Of a DNA stretch of 64,000 bases, positions 9,314-18,023 are shown in pieces. The stretch spans positions 79,422 through 143,421 of the forward strand of contig JAGWKL010000004.1 of the NCBI GenBank assembly GCA_028865345.1. Reading direction: 5' to 3'. Every line of letters starts with the position of its first letter. Position 1 is the first letter of the stretch. This DNA is from Candidatus Omnitrophota bacterium. GTDB lineage: Bacteria; Omnitrophota; Gorgyraeia; Zapsychrales; Fredricksoniimonadaceae. Under the pieces are notes generated by a model, which was not told the origin of the DNA, did not search any database, and saw only the letters and a program-made list of their open reading frames with translations. The translations under genes and the position numbers were made by a program.

Positions 9314-10383
9314 TGATCTTGAAGGCGTACCCTTACTTTAGAGCCGGCGTGGACTTTTTGAAAACCCTCGGTAATCACGGTTTGGCCTTCCTGAAGGCCT
9401 TTCAAAATTTCAACAACTCCATTGACGTGCAACCCGCAATCAACGGGCGTGACGGCCACCGTCTGGTTGCCGCGGACCGTATACACAACGGTCTTGTTTC
9501 CTTTAAAAACAACCGCGTCTTCAGGGACAACAATGGCGTCGGGCCTCTCGTGCAATGTCAAACTAATCTCGGCAAACATCCCCTGCCTGAGCCTGCCGTC
9601 GGGGTTGGAAACCTCGGCCGTAATCAAAATGGTGCGCGTGGATTCATCCACCGTCGGATCAATAAAAACAATTGTCCCCTGGAAACGGTCCCGGGGATAT
9701 GCATCCACCTTAAAGTCAACCGGCGCTCCATTCTTAATTTGGCTGATATATCTTTCAGGCACGCGGAAATCAACCTTCATGGAGTCTTGATTGACCAAAA
9801 AACCCAGGCTGTCACCTTGGGAAATAAATTGCCCGTCGTTCACCAACCTCTGTCCCATGACGCCGGCAAAGGGGGCGCTGACAACGGTGCTGTCGAAAGC
9901 GGCCCTTGCCTCCCCCACCACGGCCTGGTTCATTTTGACCTGATTGGCGGCTTGATCAAATTCCAGGCGGGACACCCCGCCGTCTTTAAGCAATTCTTGA
10001 TAACGGTTGAGCGTGACTTGGGCCAGGGACAAAGTAAGTTCGGCCTCGATCAAAGCGGCCTTAGCCTTTTCCTGGTTAAACAACACCAAGGTCTCTCCTT
10101 TTACAACCTTTTGGCCTGACGTGAAGGCGACCTTTGCGATTGTGCCATCAACTTTCGATTTAATTTCTACGGCATCCCGGGCCCGCAAAGTCCCCGCCAA
10201 ATTCATGTTATCGGCGATAGTTTGCCGCGTCACCTTAATGCCGACCACGGGCATCGTCAATGTGTTTAAATCGATATTTTCACTATTTTGTTGCTCTGTT
10301 TCTTGTATGGCCAAACGGACGAGCAAAACGGCCGCGATCAACACAATGGCGGCAACCAATACTCTATGGAACCGGAATCTCAT
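9310..10383 (-). CDS. RND periplasmic adaptor (membrane fusion protein)
   Basis: N-terminal TM, lipoyl halves (KSKVDGTI..V..GE; SAPFAGVMG), LRQGMFA, VPEDAV, GLQEGQTVITEG. Confidence 0.92.
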   Translation of the reverse strand: MRFRFHRVLVAAIVLIAAVLLVRLAIQETEQQNSENIDLNTLTMPVVGIKVTRQTIADNMNLAGTLRARDAVEIKSKVDGTIAKVAFTSGQKVVKGETLVLFNQEKAKAALIEAELTLSLAQVTLNRYQELLKDGGVSRLEFDQAANQVKMNQAVVGEARAAFDSTVVSAPFAGVMGQRLVNDGQFISQGDSLGFLVNQDSMKVDFRVPERYISQIKNGAPVDFKVDAYPRDRFQGTIVFIDPTVDESTRTILITAEVSNPDGRLRQGMFAEISLTLHERPDAIVVPEDAVVFKGNKTVVYTVRGNQTVAVTPVDCGLHVNGVVEILKGLQEGQTVITEGFQKVHAGSKVRVRLQDQ

Positions 10384-13300
10384 ACGGACACGTTCTTATG
10401 GTGAGTAAGATAATAAAATACCGGCATGACAATCAGAGAAAAAAACATGGAACCCATAAGGCCGCTGATCATGGCTATGGAAAAGGGCTGCAGGACTTCG
10501 GCCCCATGCCCCAGATTCAAAGCCATCGGCAAAAATCCCGCCATGGCCGACAGGTTGGTGATCAAAACCGGCCTAAACCGCAATTGACAAGCCGCGTGAA
10601 TGGACGCCATAAGAGACCTGCCTTCCCGGCGAAAACGTTCAACAAAATCGATGACCAGGATGCCGTTATTAACAACGATCCCCATTACAGCTATCATACC
10701 AGTAAAAGAAGAAACATCAAATTCAGTCCTGGTAAAAAATAACCCCAGGATGACAAAACTCGCGGAGCACACCGTTCCGGCAAATACGGCCAGCGCGGTA
10801 CGGTAGGACTCGAAAATAAACAGCAGTAAAGCCAATATGAGAACGATGGAAATACCCAACACCCCCAGCAATTCCTTAAATGATGTTTGCTGGCTTGCAT
10901 AGGTGCCGCCCAATTCAATGGTAAAACCGTTTCTTGGAATACCGGCAATGGCCTTTTTGACGTCCTTAATAACCTCCCCAAGAGATCGGCCGGATATTTC
11001 AGCATTGACATTGACGACGATCGATCCATTCATGTGATGGATTTCCGTGTTTTGTTCGACGAGTGAATATTGCGCGATCCTGCCCAACGGTAAAACCCCG
11101 CCGTTAGGGGTATAAATAGGGACATCCTTGAGCTTGGAGATGTTCGAACGGTAATCCCCCCCGTAAAACTCCCTTATAGGGATGCTTTCGATGCCTTTTT
11201 GCACCTTGGAGACGATCTCGCCATAAATCCCCAATTGGGAATAATGGTACACTTCATCAAGCCCCAGCCCCAACAGCGACGCCTGGGGTTGATCGACGGT
11301 GACATGGATTTCTTTTTGGGGCGGCGGCATATTGATAAGCACGCTGTCCAATCCTTTGATCTTCTCAAGTCGGGCTTGTACATTTTTTGCCGCCGCCATC
11401 AATGTGTCGAAATCATTTCCTAAAATGCTGACAACGACCGGCTTGCCTGCCCCGGATAAATCTCCCAGCCTGTCCGACAGAATTTGGTGAAAATCAGTGT
11501 TCAAATAAGGGAATTGCGCGGCCAGCTTCTTTTTTAAGATAGCCATGACCTTAAATGTGGAAATTTTTCTGTTTTCCTTGAGGTAGATGACCGTCTCACC
11601 GATCGTGGGCGCGGAATAAGGCGTTCCCATGGCCGTACCTGTCTTGCGGATATACATCCTGACCGAAGGCAAGCTCTGGATGACCTTTTCCACCTTATCC
11701 ATGAGCGCGTCCGTCGCCTCAATGGAATAGCCGGCGGGAGCTATGTAATCAAAAACAATGTTGCCTTCGTCCCCTTCGGGTAAAAACCCGTTGTGCAGTT
11801 TCAAAAAAACAAAAACGCACGCCAGCCCGAGGACAATCGAACCCATGACGCATAGATACTTACGCCTGAGGGCCAAGCGCAGGAATTTTAAATACCTCTC
11901 TTTTAAAGTCCTAAAAAACTTTTTTTCCTCGTGTTCGGGCTCCTTGCCCCGATAATTCTCAATGAAATATTTAATCAAGACCGGGATGACAAAGGCCGCC
12001 ATGAACAGGGAAACAATGATGGTCGAAGCCAGGGTGATGGCCAGGGGCCTGAAAAACATGCCTGAGAGGCCGGTGAGGATATTTAAAGGAATAAAAATGA
12101 TGATGCTCACCATCGTGGCCCACACGGTGATGGGAAGGATGTAGGCCAGGGAATCGGCCAGCGGCTGGCCGCTTTTCTTCTGCCTTTTAAAATGAACGTA
12201 ATTCTCTGTGACCACAATGGCGTTGTCCGCGATAATGCCGATGGCCGCCGACAGCCCTCCTAAGGTCATGATATTGACCGTCATCCCCAGACATTTGAGG
12301 ACGAGGAACTCGATCACGATAACGACCGGTAAAACGCACATGATGGGCAAGGCATATCTAAAGCCGTTCATCACAAAATAAACGATCATCAAAATGATAA
12401 CAACCGCAATCAGGATATCGGATAAAATCCCCTGGATGGACGTGCGTACAAAATCGGAAAGGTCCCATTTGACGATATGCAGCTTTCCGTTGAATTCCTT
12501 GGTCGTTTCCGCGAGTTTCCGGTCCAGGGCCATGGAAACCTTCAATCCGTCCGCGTTCAGTTGTTTTTCCACGTCGATAAAAAGCCCCTTGTGGCCGTTG
12601 ACGCTCACGATCCTGCGCACCGGACTATGGGCGTCCTCTATCGTGGCAATATCTTTGAGCATCAGCGGCTTGCCCATGCGGGTGGCCACCACAATGTCGC
12701 CTATATCTTTAAGATTGGAGAGTTTGTTGCCGGCAATCACAAAGAACGCGGTTTTTCCCTTCACCATCTGTCCCACAAAGGAAACCATGTTGGCATCTGA
12801 AACCGCTGTATTGACGGCTACAGGATCAAGATTATACTCGATGAGTTTGCGGGGGTTTAATTTGATCCATATCTCCGGCTGTTGACCACCGATGACTTGC
12901 AGACCATAAAGCCCGTCGATGCCGATCAGCTTTGGGATGACCGAGTAGCGGACCGCCTCATAAAGCTGTTTCAAGTTGAGCTGATCAGACCAGAACCCAT
13001 ACTCCGACATGGGAAAAGCGCTGGTATTCATCCGGGTTATTTGAATATCGGTATTTGCGGGCAGTTGACCCCGTACCTGGTTTATCTTATTCTGGGTCAA
13101 CTGGAAATCTTGGGTCAGATCAGCTCCCCATTTCAAATAGACATCAATGGTGGAAGTCCCGCGTTCCGAAACGGAAACGACCCTTCTGACGTCCGGAACG
13201 GTCTTGAGGACTTCTTCCAGGGGACGGGTGACGTTGATCTCGGTTTCCTGCAAAGACGCAAAACCGATGTCCGCGATCACCTGAAAACGGGGAAAATCGC

Positions 13301-13421
13301 CGTTGGGAAAAACATCTTTAGGCAGCTGGGTGTATACCCACCCGCCGGTGGCCGTCAGGACGATGAGGGTAAAAATAATGGCGATATGATTGGTGTCAAG
13401 CCATTTTACGAACTGTCTCAT
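10380..13421 (-). CDS. RND efflux permease, CusA/CzcA-like
   Basis: LPKDVFP, NIMTLGGLSAAIGIIADNAIVVTEN, FFRPLAIT, RFRPVLIT; 1013 aa. Confidence 0.88.
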   Translation of the reverse strand: MRQFVKWLDTNHIAIIFTLIVLTATGGWVYTQLPKDVFPNGDFPRFQVIADIGFASLQETEINVTRPLEEVLKTVPDVRRVVSVSERGTSTIDVYLKWGADLTQDFQLTQNKINQVRGQLPANTDIQITRMNTSAFPMSEYGFWSDQLNLKQLYEAVRYSVIPKLIGIDGLYGLQVIGGQQPEIWIKLNPRKLIEYNLDPVAVNTAVSDANMVSFVGQMVKGKTAFFVIAGNKLSNLKDIGDIVVATRMGKPLMLKDIATIEDAHSPVRRIVSVNGHKGLFIDVEKQLNADGLKVSMALDRKLAETTKEFNGKLHIVKWDLSDFVRTSIQGILSDILIAVVIILMIVYFVMNGFRYALPIMCVLPVVIVIEFLVLKCLGMTVNIMTLGGLSAAIGIIADNAIVVTENYVHFKRQKKSGQPLADSLAYILPITVWATMVSIIIFIPLNILTGLSGMFFRPLAITLASTIIVSLFMAAFVIPVLIKYFIENYRGKEPEHEEKKFFRTLKERYLKFLRLALRRKYLCVMGSIVLGLACVFVFLKLHNGFLPEGDEGNIVFDYIAPAGYSIEATDALMDKVEKVIQSLPSVRMYIRKTGTAMGTPYSAPTIGETVIYLKENRKISTFKVMAILKKKLAAQFPYLNTDFHQILSDRLGDLSGAGKPVVVSILGNDFDTLMAAAKNVQARLEKIKGLDSVLINMPPPQKEIHVTVDQPQASLLGLGLDEVYHYSQLGIYGEIVSKVQKGIESIPIREFYGGDYRSNISKLKDVPIYTPNGGVLPLGRIAQYSLVEQNTEIHHMNGSIVVNVNAEISGRSLGEVIKDVKKAIAGIPRNGFTIELGGTYASQQTSFKELLGVLGISIVLILALLLFIFESYRTALAVFAGTVCSASFVILGLFFTRTEFDVSSFTGMIAVMGIVVNNGILVIDFVERFRREGRSLMASIHAACQLRFRPVLITNLSAMAGFLPMALNLGHGAEVLQPFSIAMISGLMGSMFFSLIVMPVFYYLTHHKNVSV

Positions 13422-14665
13422 GGCCGGTTGCCCTCGATGACGGCCGCCAGTTCGGCCTTCTTGGCCAGGAAATTATACTGGGCGTCGTAGGACTGGTCCA
13501 CCGCGGTCAGATAATCCGAAAAGGCGCTCAACAGATCGATCTCTTTTATTTTGCCCTGCCGGTAATAGGCCCGTGCCGTTTTGATGCCGGCTTGGGCGTT
13601 TTTAAGATTTTCCATCGTGGCCCTGTACACACCCCGCAGACTGGCCAGATCTCCGGTCATCTGTTCTATCCTGACCTTCAATTTTCTCTGATCGTCTTTA
13701 AATAATTTTTCCTGGTATTCATAACCGTATTTCAGGCTTTTTTCCTCATTGGCCTTTTGGCCGAAATCAAAAATATCGAAATTCAAGGACAGATAACTCC
13801 TGTATTCCTCCACGTTGGGATCGACCGTATTGACGTTGTGTTCCAGGCCCAATTGAACGGTCGGCAAGTAATAAAGCCTGCTTTGTTTGAACATCTCCTT
13901 GGCCGTATCGACGTTGACTTTGTCCAACCGCGACTGCTGCAGGACGGAATAATCTCCGGACCAGGACGGCAAGGAGCTCATGTCCGGCGCATCCTTGAGG
14001 GAAAAGTCCCTTTGCGTGTAGGAAGAGTTCATCAGAGAATTCAATGCCAGCAGCACATCTTTGATTTCGCTGTCGATATTGTTCAAAGAGATATTCAGAG
14101 ACTGGAATTGGACCCGTGCCCTGTCTAAATCAAAGGCCGCGTCCACGCCCTTAGACTGCAGTTGTTTGATCTCCCGGATGTGGGACTGAAAAAGCTCCAG
14201 GACGTTGACATATTCCTTTCTTTTTTCCAAAAGGACGTAAAGCCTGTCATAATCTTGGGTAACGTTCTTTAATAGTTCGCTGCGGGCGATGGACAGGACC
14301 AATTTATTTTTCGTTACATCCAGCCTCCCCAGGGCCGGATAATCGGTTAATATTTTCTGCAGGTCCCATGAAAAAGCGGCACCCATCCTGGTTTCGAAAC
14401 CGTGTGTGCGCTTTAAATCGGAGCGGTCGCTGAACTGGATATTGTCCGGCTGATAATAAGCGGTCAGCTGCCCCAAAAGCGCGCTTCTTTCTTTACGCCA
14501 GGAATAAACGCTGGACTTGATCAGGTCCTCATAGGCCGCGATCAAGCTGCTGTTCTTGAGCGCCAGGGCCTTGCAGTCTCCCAGGGAGACTGCAAAGGCC
14601 TGGCTGGAATGGAGGGTCAATAACACAAATACAACGAGGCTTAAAAAAAATCCACATTTCTTCAT
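13418..14665 (-). CDS. TolC-family outer membrane efflux protein
   Basis: Signal peptide (AFA), two OEP-like repeats (YYLPTVQL, DIFDFG, YRQGK...DLL), directly upstream of an RND gene. Confidence 0.85.
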   Translation of the reverse strand: MKKCGFFLSLVVFVLLTLHSSQAFAVSLGDCKALALKNSSLIAAYEDLIKSSVYSWRKERSALLGQLTAYYQPDNIQFSDRSDLKRTHGFETRMGAAFSWDLQKILTDYPALGRLDVTKNKLVLSIARSELLKNVTQDYDRLYVLLEKRKEYVNVLELFQSHIREIKQLQSKGVDAAFDLDRARVQFQSLNISLNNIDSEIKDVLLALNSLMNSSYTQRDFSLKDAPDMSSLPSWSGDYSVLQQSRLDKVNVDTAKEMFKQSRLYYLPTVQLGLEHNVNTVDPNVEEYRSYLSLNFDIFDFGQKANEEKSLKYGYEYQEKLFKDDQRKLKVRIEQMTGDLASLRGVYRATMENLKNAQAGIKTARAYYRQGKIKEIDLLSAFSDYLTAVDQSYDAQYNFLAKKAELAAVIEGNRP

Positions 14666-14711
14666 ACTATGGCATTGGTGGGCATAAATCCCGTTGGGAG
14701 AGCCTCTAAGA

Positions 14712-15146
14712 TCACTTCACGCTTCCCGTGTCTTCTTTCTCATTTTTCTCTTCCTGCTGTTTGTTCTCCATCCTCTGCTCACTGCGGTCAGCCATTTGCA
14801 TCAAACTGAGAGCAAGGGCAGGGTTCGATTGCTTAAGGGCGGATGCTGAATCCCTTAAAAGTTTTATATGTCCCATCACTTTATTCATCATTCCCTCTTC
14901 TTTTGTCCCTTCCTGCTCCTTATTGCCTTCATTCTTCTCCTGCTTTTCTGTTGCTTCTTCATTGGCAAATTTTGTCAAACTTGCCGCGAGGCCGGGATTC
15001 AATTGTTGAAGAGCTGCGGCGGAGTCATTCAATATTTTTACTTTTGCCTGTTCTTGCGCTTCAGCGGCATAAGAAATCGAAGAAAACACCGCAAACACGC
15101 CCACCGCAATTAATCCCAGCATCATTGTTCTTAATGATTTCATCAT
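14712..15146 (-). CDS. Secreted hypothetical protein with internal helical repeat
   Basis: Signal peptide (SYA); two copies of K.L.DSA.AL.Q.NP.LA.SL; SD GGGAGGG. Confidence 0.75.
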   Translation of the reverse strand: MMKSLRTMMLGLIAVGVFAVFSSISYAAEAQEQAKVKILNDSAAALQQLNPGLAASLTKFANEEATEKQEKNEGNKEQEGTKEEGMMNKVMGHIKLLRDSASALKQSNPALALSLMQMADRSEQRMENKQQEEKNEKEDTGSVK

Positions 15147-15183
15147 TCCCTCCCACTTTATTTGGTTAATAAAAACTATGGTT

Positions 15184-15228
15184 ATGCTACCAAATAAGGA
15201 TTAACTTACCCTTAGGAGCAGATTAACT
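15184..15228 (-). promoter_or_regulatory. Efflux-operon promoter with tandem OmpR-type direct repeats
   Basis: -10 TAGCAT (15189-15184); GATTAACT at 15199 and 15221 (22 bp apart) with CTTAG in the middle register; next to the CusRS-like genes. Confidence 0.5.
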
Positions 15229-15238
15229 TTCTCTAATC

Positions 15239-16666
15239 TTATGGGCGGGGTGAACTTAAAGGAAACGCAATAATAAAAACCGTTTTTCGGCCAACCTGAC
15301 TTTTAACTTCAATCTGGCCTTGATGAGCCTCAACGATGGATTTGGCGATGCTTAAGCCCAACCCGAAACCGGGAGAGCTTCTTGATTTGTCCGTCCGGTA
15401 AAACCGGTCAAAGATCCGGGGCAGTTCATCTTTTTCTATGCCCGGCCCCGAATTTGCAACGGCGATCTTGACCCAGGGGCCTTCTTGATATAGCTTAATG
15501 CCAATGTCCCCTTGCCCGGGCGTATATTTAATGGCGTTATCAAGTAAATTCAGGACAACCCGGCTTATTTGGGTAGCGTCTCCATATATAAAAATGCCCT
15601 CTTGCAATGAAGCATTTAACCTGATTTCTTTCTGCTGGGCCAACACCGCTATATTATCGACGACCCCTCTTATCAAAACAGCCAAATCGACCGTTCCCAT
15701 TCTAAAGAATGTTTCCTGGTTATCGATGCTGATAAGGACCAAAAGGTCCCCGACCAAACGGCCCATCTTCTCAATTTCTTCCAGGTTGACCTGTAGAACG
15801 GATTTATATTCTTGAGAACTCCTTTCTTTTTCCAATGCGACTTCCTGCTTTCCCCGCATCGCCGTTAAGGGAGTCTTTAACTCGTGGGAAATATCCTGGA
15901 TAAATTGTTTTTGAGCAGAGAATGCCCTGTCCAGGCGCTCCAGCATGGCATTAAATGTGTCCGCCAGCAATTTTATTTCCTGGTCGGCGCCGGGCACCCT
16001 GATCCTTTCCTGTAAATTCCTGGTACTGATGCGGTCCATTGTTTTAGAGATTTCACTGACCGGATCCAGGGCCATCTTTGTCAGATAAAATCCTACCAAA
16101 ACTGCAAAAAATAAGACCAATGGCAAAAACAGGAATAATATCGTTTTTAAATTATGAAGCATGGACAAGGTGGGAGTCAAAAATCCCGCCACCTGGATAA
16201 TATATGCCGGCCGGGGGCCTTTAAAAACAGGCATGGTCAATTCACGCAGATCAACATACCTGCCTTTGACCAGGACCCTTTTTACGGTCTCCATCCGGAT
16301 ATCCGGCCGGGCCATCAGACCATTGATCGCCGGGGCTCGAATATTCTCAGCTATGTCCTTATTGGAATCCGCCAGTTTCCTGCCTTGGGGGTCGAATATT
16401 TGCACCAGGGAGGTATCTTCCCGCTCTTCTTGAACGGTTGATTGGACGGCTTGCAGGAACCTTGTCCTTGACGCCGGCGTGGGCTTAACGGCTGCAGCGA
16501 TCAGGTCTTCAACGTTTTCGGCCTTGGCTTTAAGTAAACTATCCAGATTTTCGAGAAGGCTGTATTTATAATTTTGGTAAATCAACGTGCTGAAAACAAA
16601 AAGGATCGCGGCCAAGGCAAGTGTATACCATACGGTGACTTTAAAATGCAGGGACCTTGTGACCAT
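15239..16666 (-). CDS. Sensor histidine kinase, CusS/CzcS-like (HAMP-HisKA-HATPase)
   Basis: 2 TM, HAMP, ISHELKTPL, NLLDNAIKY, GFGLGLSI. Confidence 0.9.
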   Translation of the reverse strand: MVTRSLHFKVTVWYTLALAAILFVFSTLIYQNYKYSLLENLDSLLKAKAENVEDLIAAAVKPTPASRTRFLQAVQSTVQEEREDTSLVQIFDPQGRKLADSNKDIAENIRAPAINGLMARPDIRMETVKRVLVKGRYVDLRELTMPVFKGPRPAYIIQVAGFLTPTLSMLHNLKTILFLFLPLVLFFAVLVGFYLTKMALDPVSEISKTMDRISTRNLQERIRVPGADQEIKLLADTFNAMLERLDRAFSAQKQFIQDISHELKTPLTAMRGKQEVALEKERSSQEYKSVLQVNLEEIEKMGRLVGDLLVLISIDNQETFFRMGTVDLAVLIRGVVDNIAVLAQQKEIRLNASLQEGIFIYGDATQISRVVLNLLDNAIKYTPGQGDIGIKLYQEGPWVKIAVANSGPGIEKDELPRIFDRFYRTDKSRSSPGFGLGLSIAKSIVEAHQGQIEVKSQVGRKTVFIIAFPLSSPRP

Positions 16667-16667
16667 G

Positions 16668-17336
16668 TCAGCCTTTGATCATATAGCCGCGGCCTCTAAC
16701 GGTACCGATAAGGGCCGTTTTATGGCCTTCGTCAATTTTCCGCCGCAATTCATGGATATGGACGTCGATGGTATTGGTGGTGGTGCTGAAATGGGTGTCC
16801 CATACGCATTCCGATATGTCCGTTCTTGTAACCACCTGACCGGCATAACGCATCAGATACTCAAGAAGCTGAAATTCCTTTGCCGTCAAAGGGATCTCCT
16901 TGCCTGCTCTTGTCACTTTATGGCCGGGCAAATCCAGTATAAGGTCCGCCACCTGAAATTTGGTGGACACAAGGGTTTCTTTCCGCCGGAGCAACGCGCG
17001 GATCCTTGCCAGAAATTCTTTAAAGGCAAATGGCTTTGTCAGGTAATCCTCAGCCCCGGCATCCAGCCCTTCGACTTTGTCCTCTACAAAATCTTTGGCC
17101 GTAAGCATGAGGATGGGGGTCATGATCTTATCTTTCCGCAAATTCTTACAAACAGAGATGCCGTCCATTTTAGGCAGCATGATATCCAGGACGATCAGGT
17201 CATATTTTTCCGTCCCCGCCAGGAAATAACCCTCTTCTCCGTCATAGGCCACATCAACGGCGTACCCCGCTTCCTGGAGGCCCTGTTTGATAAAACCGGC
17301 TATATGTTTTTCGTCTTCGACGACTAAAATCCGCAT
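16668..17336 (-). CDS. OmpR-family response regulator, CusR/CzcR-like
   Basis: MRILVVEDE, DIMLP, YLTKPF, winged helix ending TVRGRGY. Confidence 0.92.
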   Translation of the reverse strand: MRILVVEDEKHIAGFIKQGLQEAGYAVDVAYDGEEGYFLAGTEKYDLIVLDIMLPKMDGISVCKNLRKDKIMTPILMLTAKDFVEDKVEGLDAGAEDYLTKPFAFKEFLARIRALLRRKETLVSTKFQVADLILDLPGHKVTRAGKEIPLTAKEFQLLEYLMRYAGQVVTRTDISECVWDTHFSTTTNTIDVHIHELRRKIDEGHKTALIGTVRGRGYMIKG

Positions 17337-18022
17337 TAAAGTAAATTGAAACGATAGCCGATGCCCGGCTCATTGATGATGCGCCGGGGGGTTGAGGGGC
17401 TGTCTTCGATCTTCTGGCGCAGGTGGTTTAAATAGACCCGGACGGAATTGGCCTTCTCTTCGTTTTCCGTCGCCCAGACCTCCCTTAAGATCTGGCGCAC
17501 CGTCAGGATGCGGCCCGCGTTCTTGATGAGCGCGGACAACAGCCCGTATTCGATGGAAGTCAGCTTGAGTGCCTGGCCGCAAAGCCAGACGCGGCGGGTA
17601 TTGAATTCCACCCGCAATCCCGCGTTGTCAAAAACTTGGTCGACAATGCCGGAGGTGGTCTTGCGCCGCAGCACCGCCGCAAGCCTTGCGGTCAGCTCGG
17701 AGGCGGAAAACGGCTTGGTGACATAATCATCCGCCCCGCTTTCCAGGGCTTTGACCTTGATCTCTTCCTGCCCACGCACCGAGACGATGATGACGGCCAC
17801 GTCGCTGAATTCCCTGATGCGCCGCAGCACCTCCAGCCCCTCCATATCCGGCAGGCCCATATCCAATAAAACGGCCTGAGGTTTTTTATAAACAACCGCC
17901 CCCAGGCCCTCTTGGCCGTTTTGAGTATGGACCGCTTCATACCCGGCGTGCGTGAGGATAATGCCCAACATTTTTTGGATTTGAGGCTCATCATCAATGA
18001 CAAGTACTGTGCCTTTGGACAT
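17336..18022 (-). CDS. kdpE: KdpE response regulator
   Basis: DMGLPDMEG, QILREVW, LRQKIEDSPSTPRRIINEPGIGY; directly downstream of kdpD. Confidence 0.9.
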   Translation of the reverse strand: MSKGTVLVIDDEPQIQKMLGIILTHAGYEAVHTQNGQEGLGAVVYKKPQAVLLDMGLPDMEGLEVLRRIREFSDVAVIIVSVRGQEEIKVKALESGADDYVTKPFSASELTARLAAVLRRKTTSGIVDQVFDNAGLRVEFNTRRVWLCGQALKLTSIEYGLLSALIKNAGRILTVRQILREVWATENEEKANSVRVYLNHLRQKIEDSPSTPRRIINEPGIGYRFNLL

Positions 18023-18023
18023 C

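Noticed and set aside
7853-10119. Plus-strand ORFs of 268-280 aa opposite the RND and MFP genes
   Set aside because: Antisense shadows with no independent evidence.
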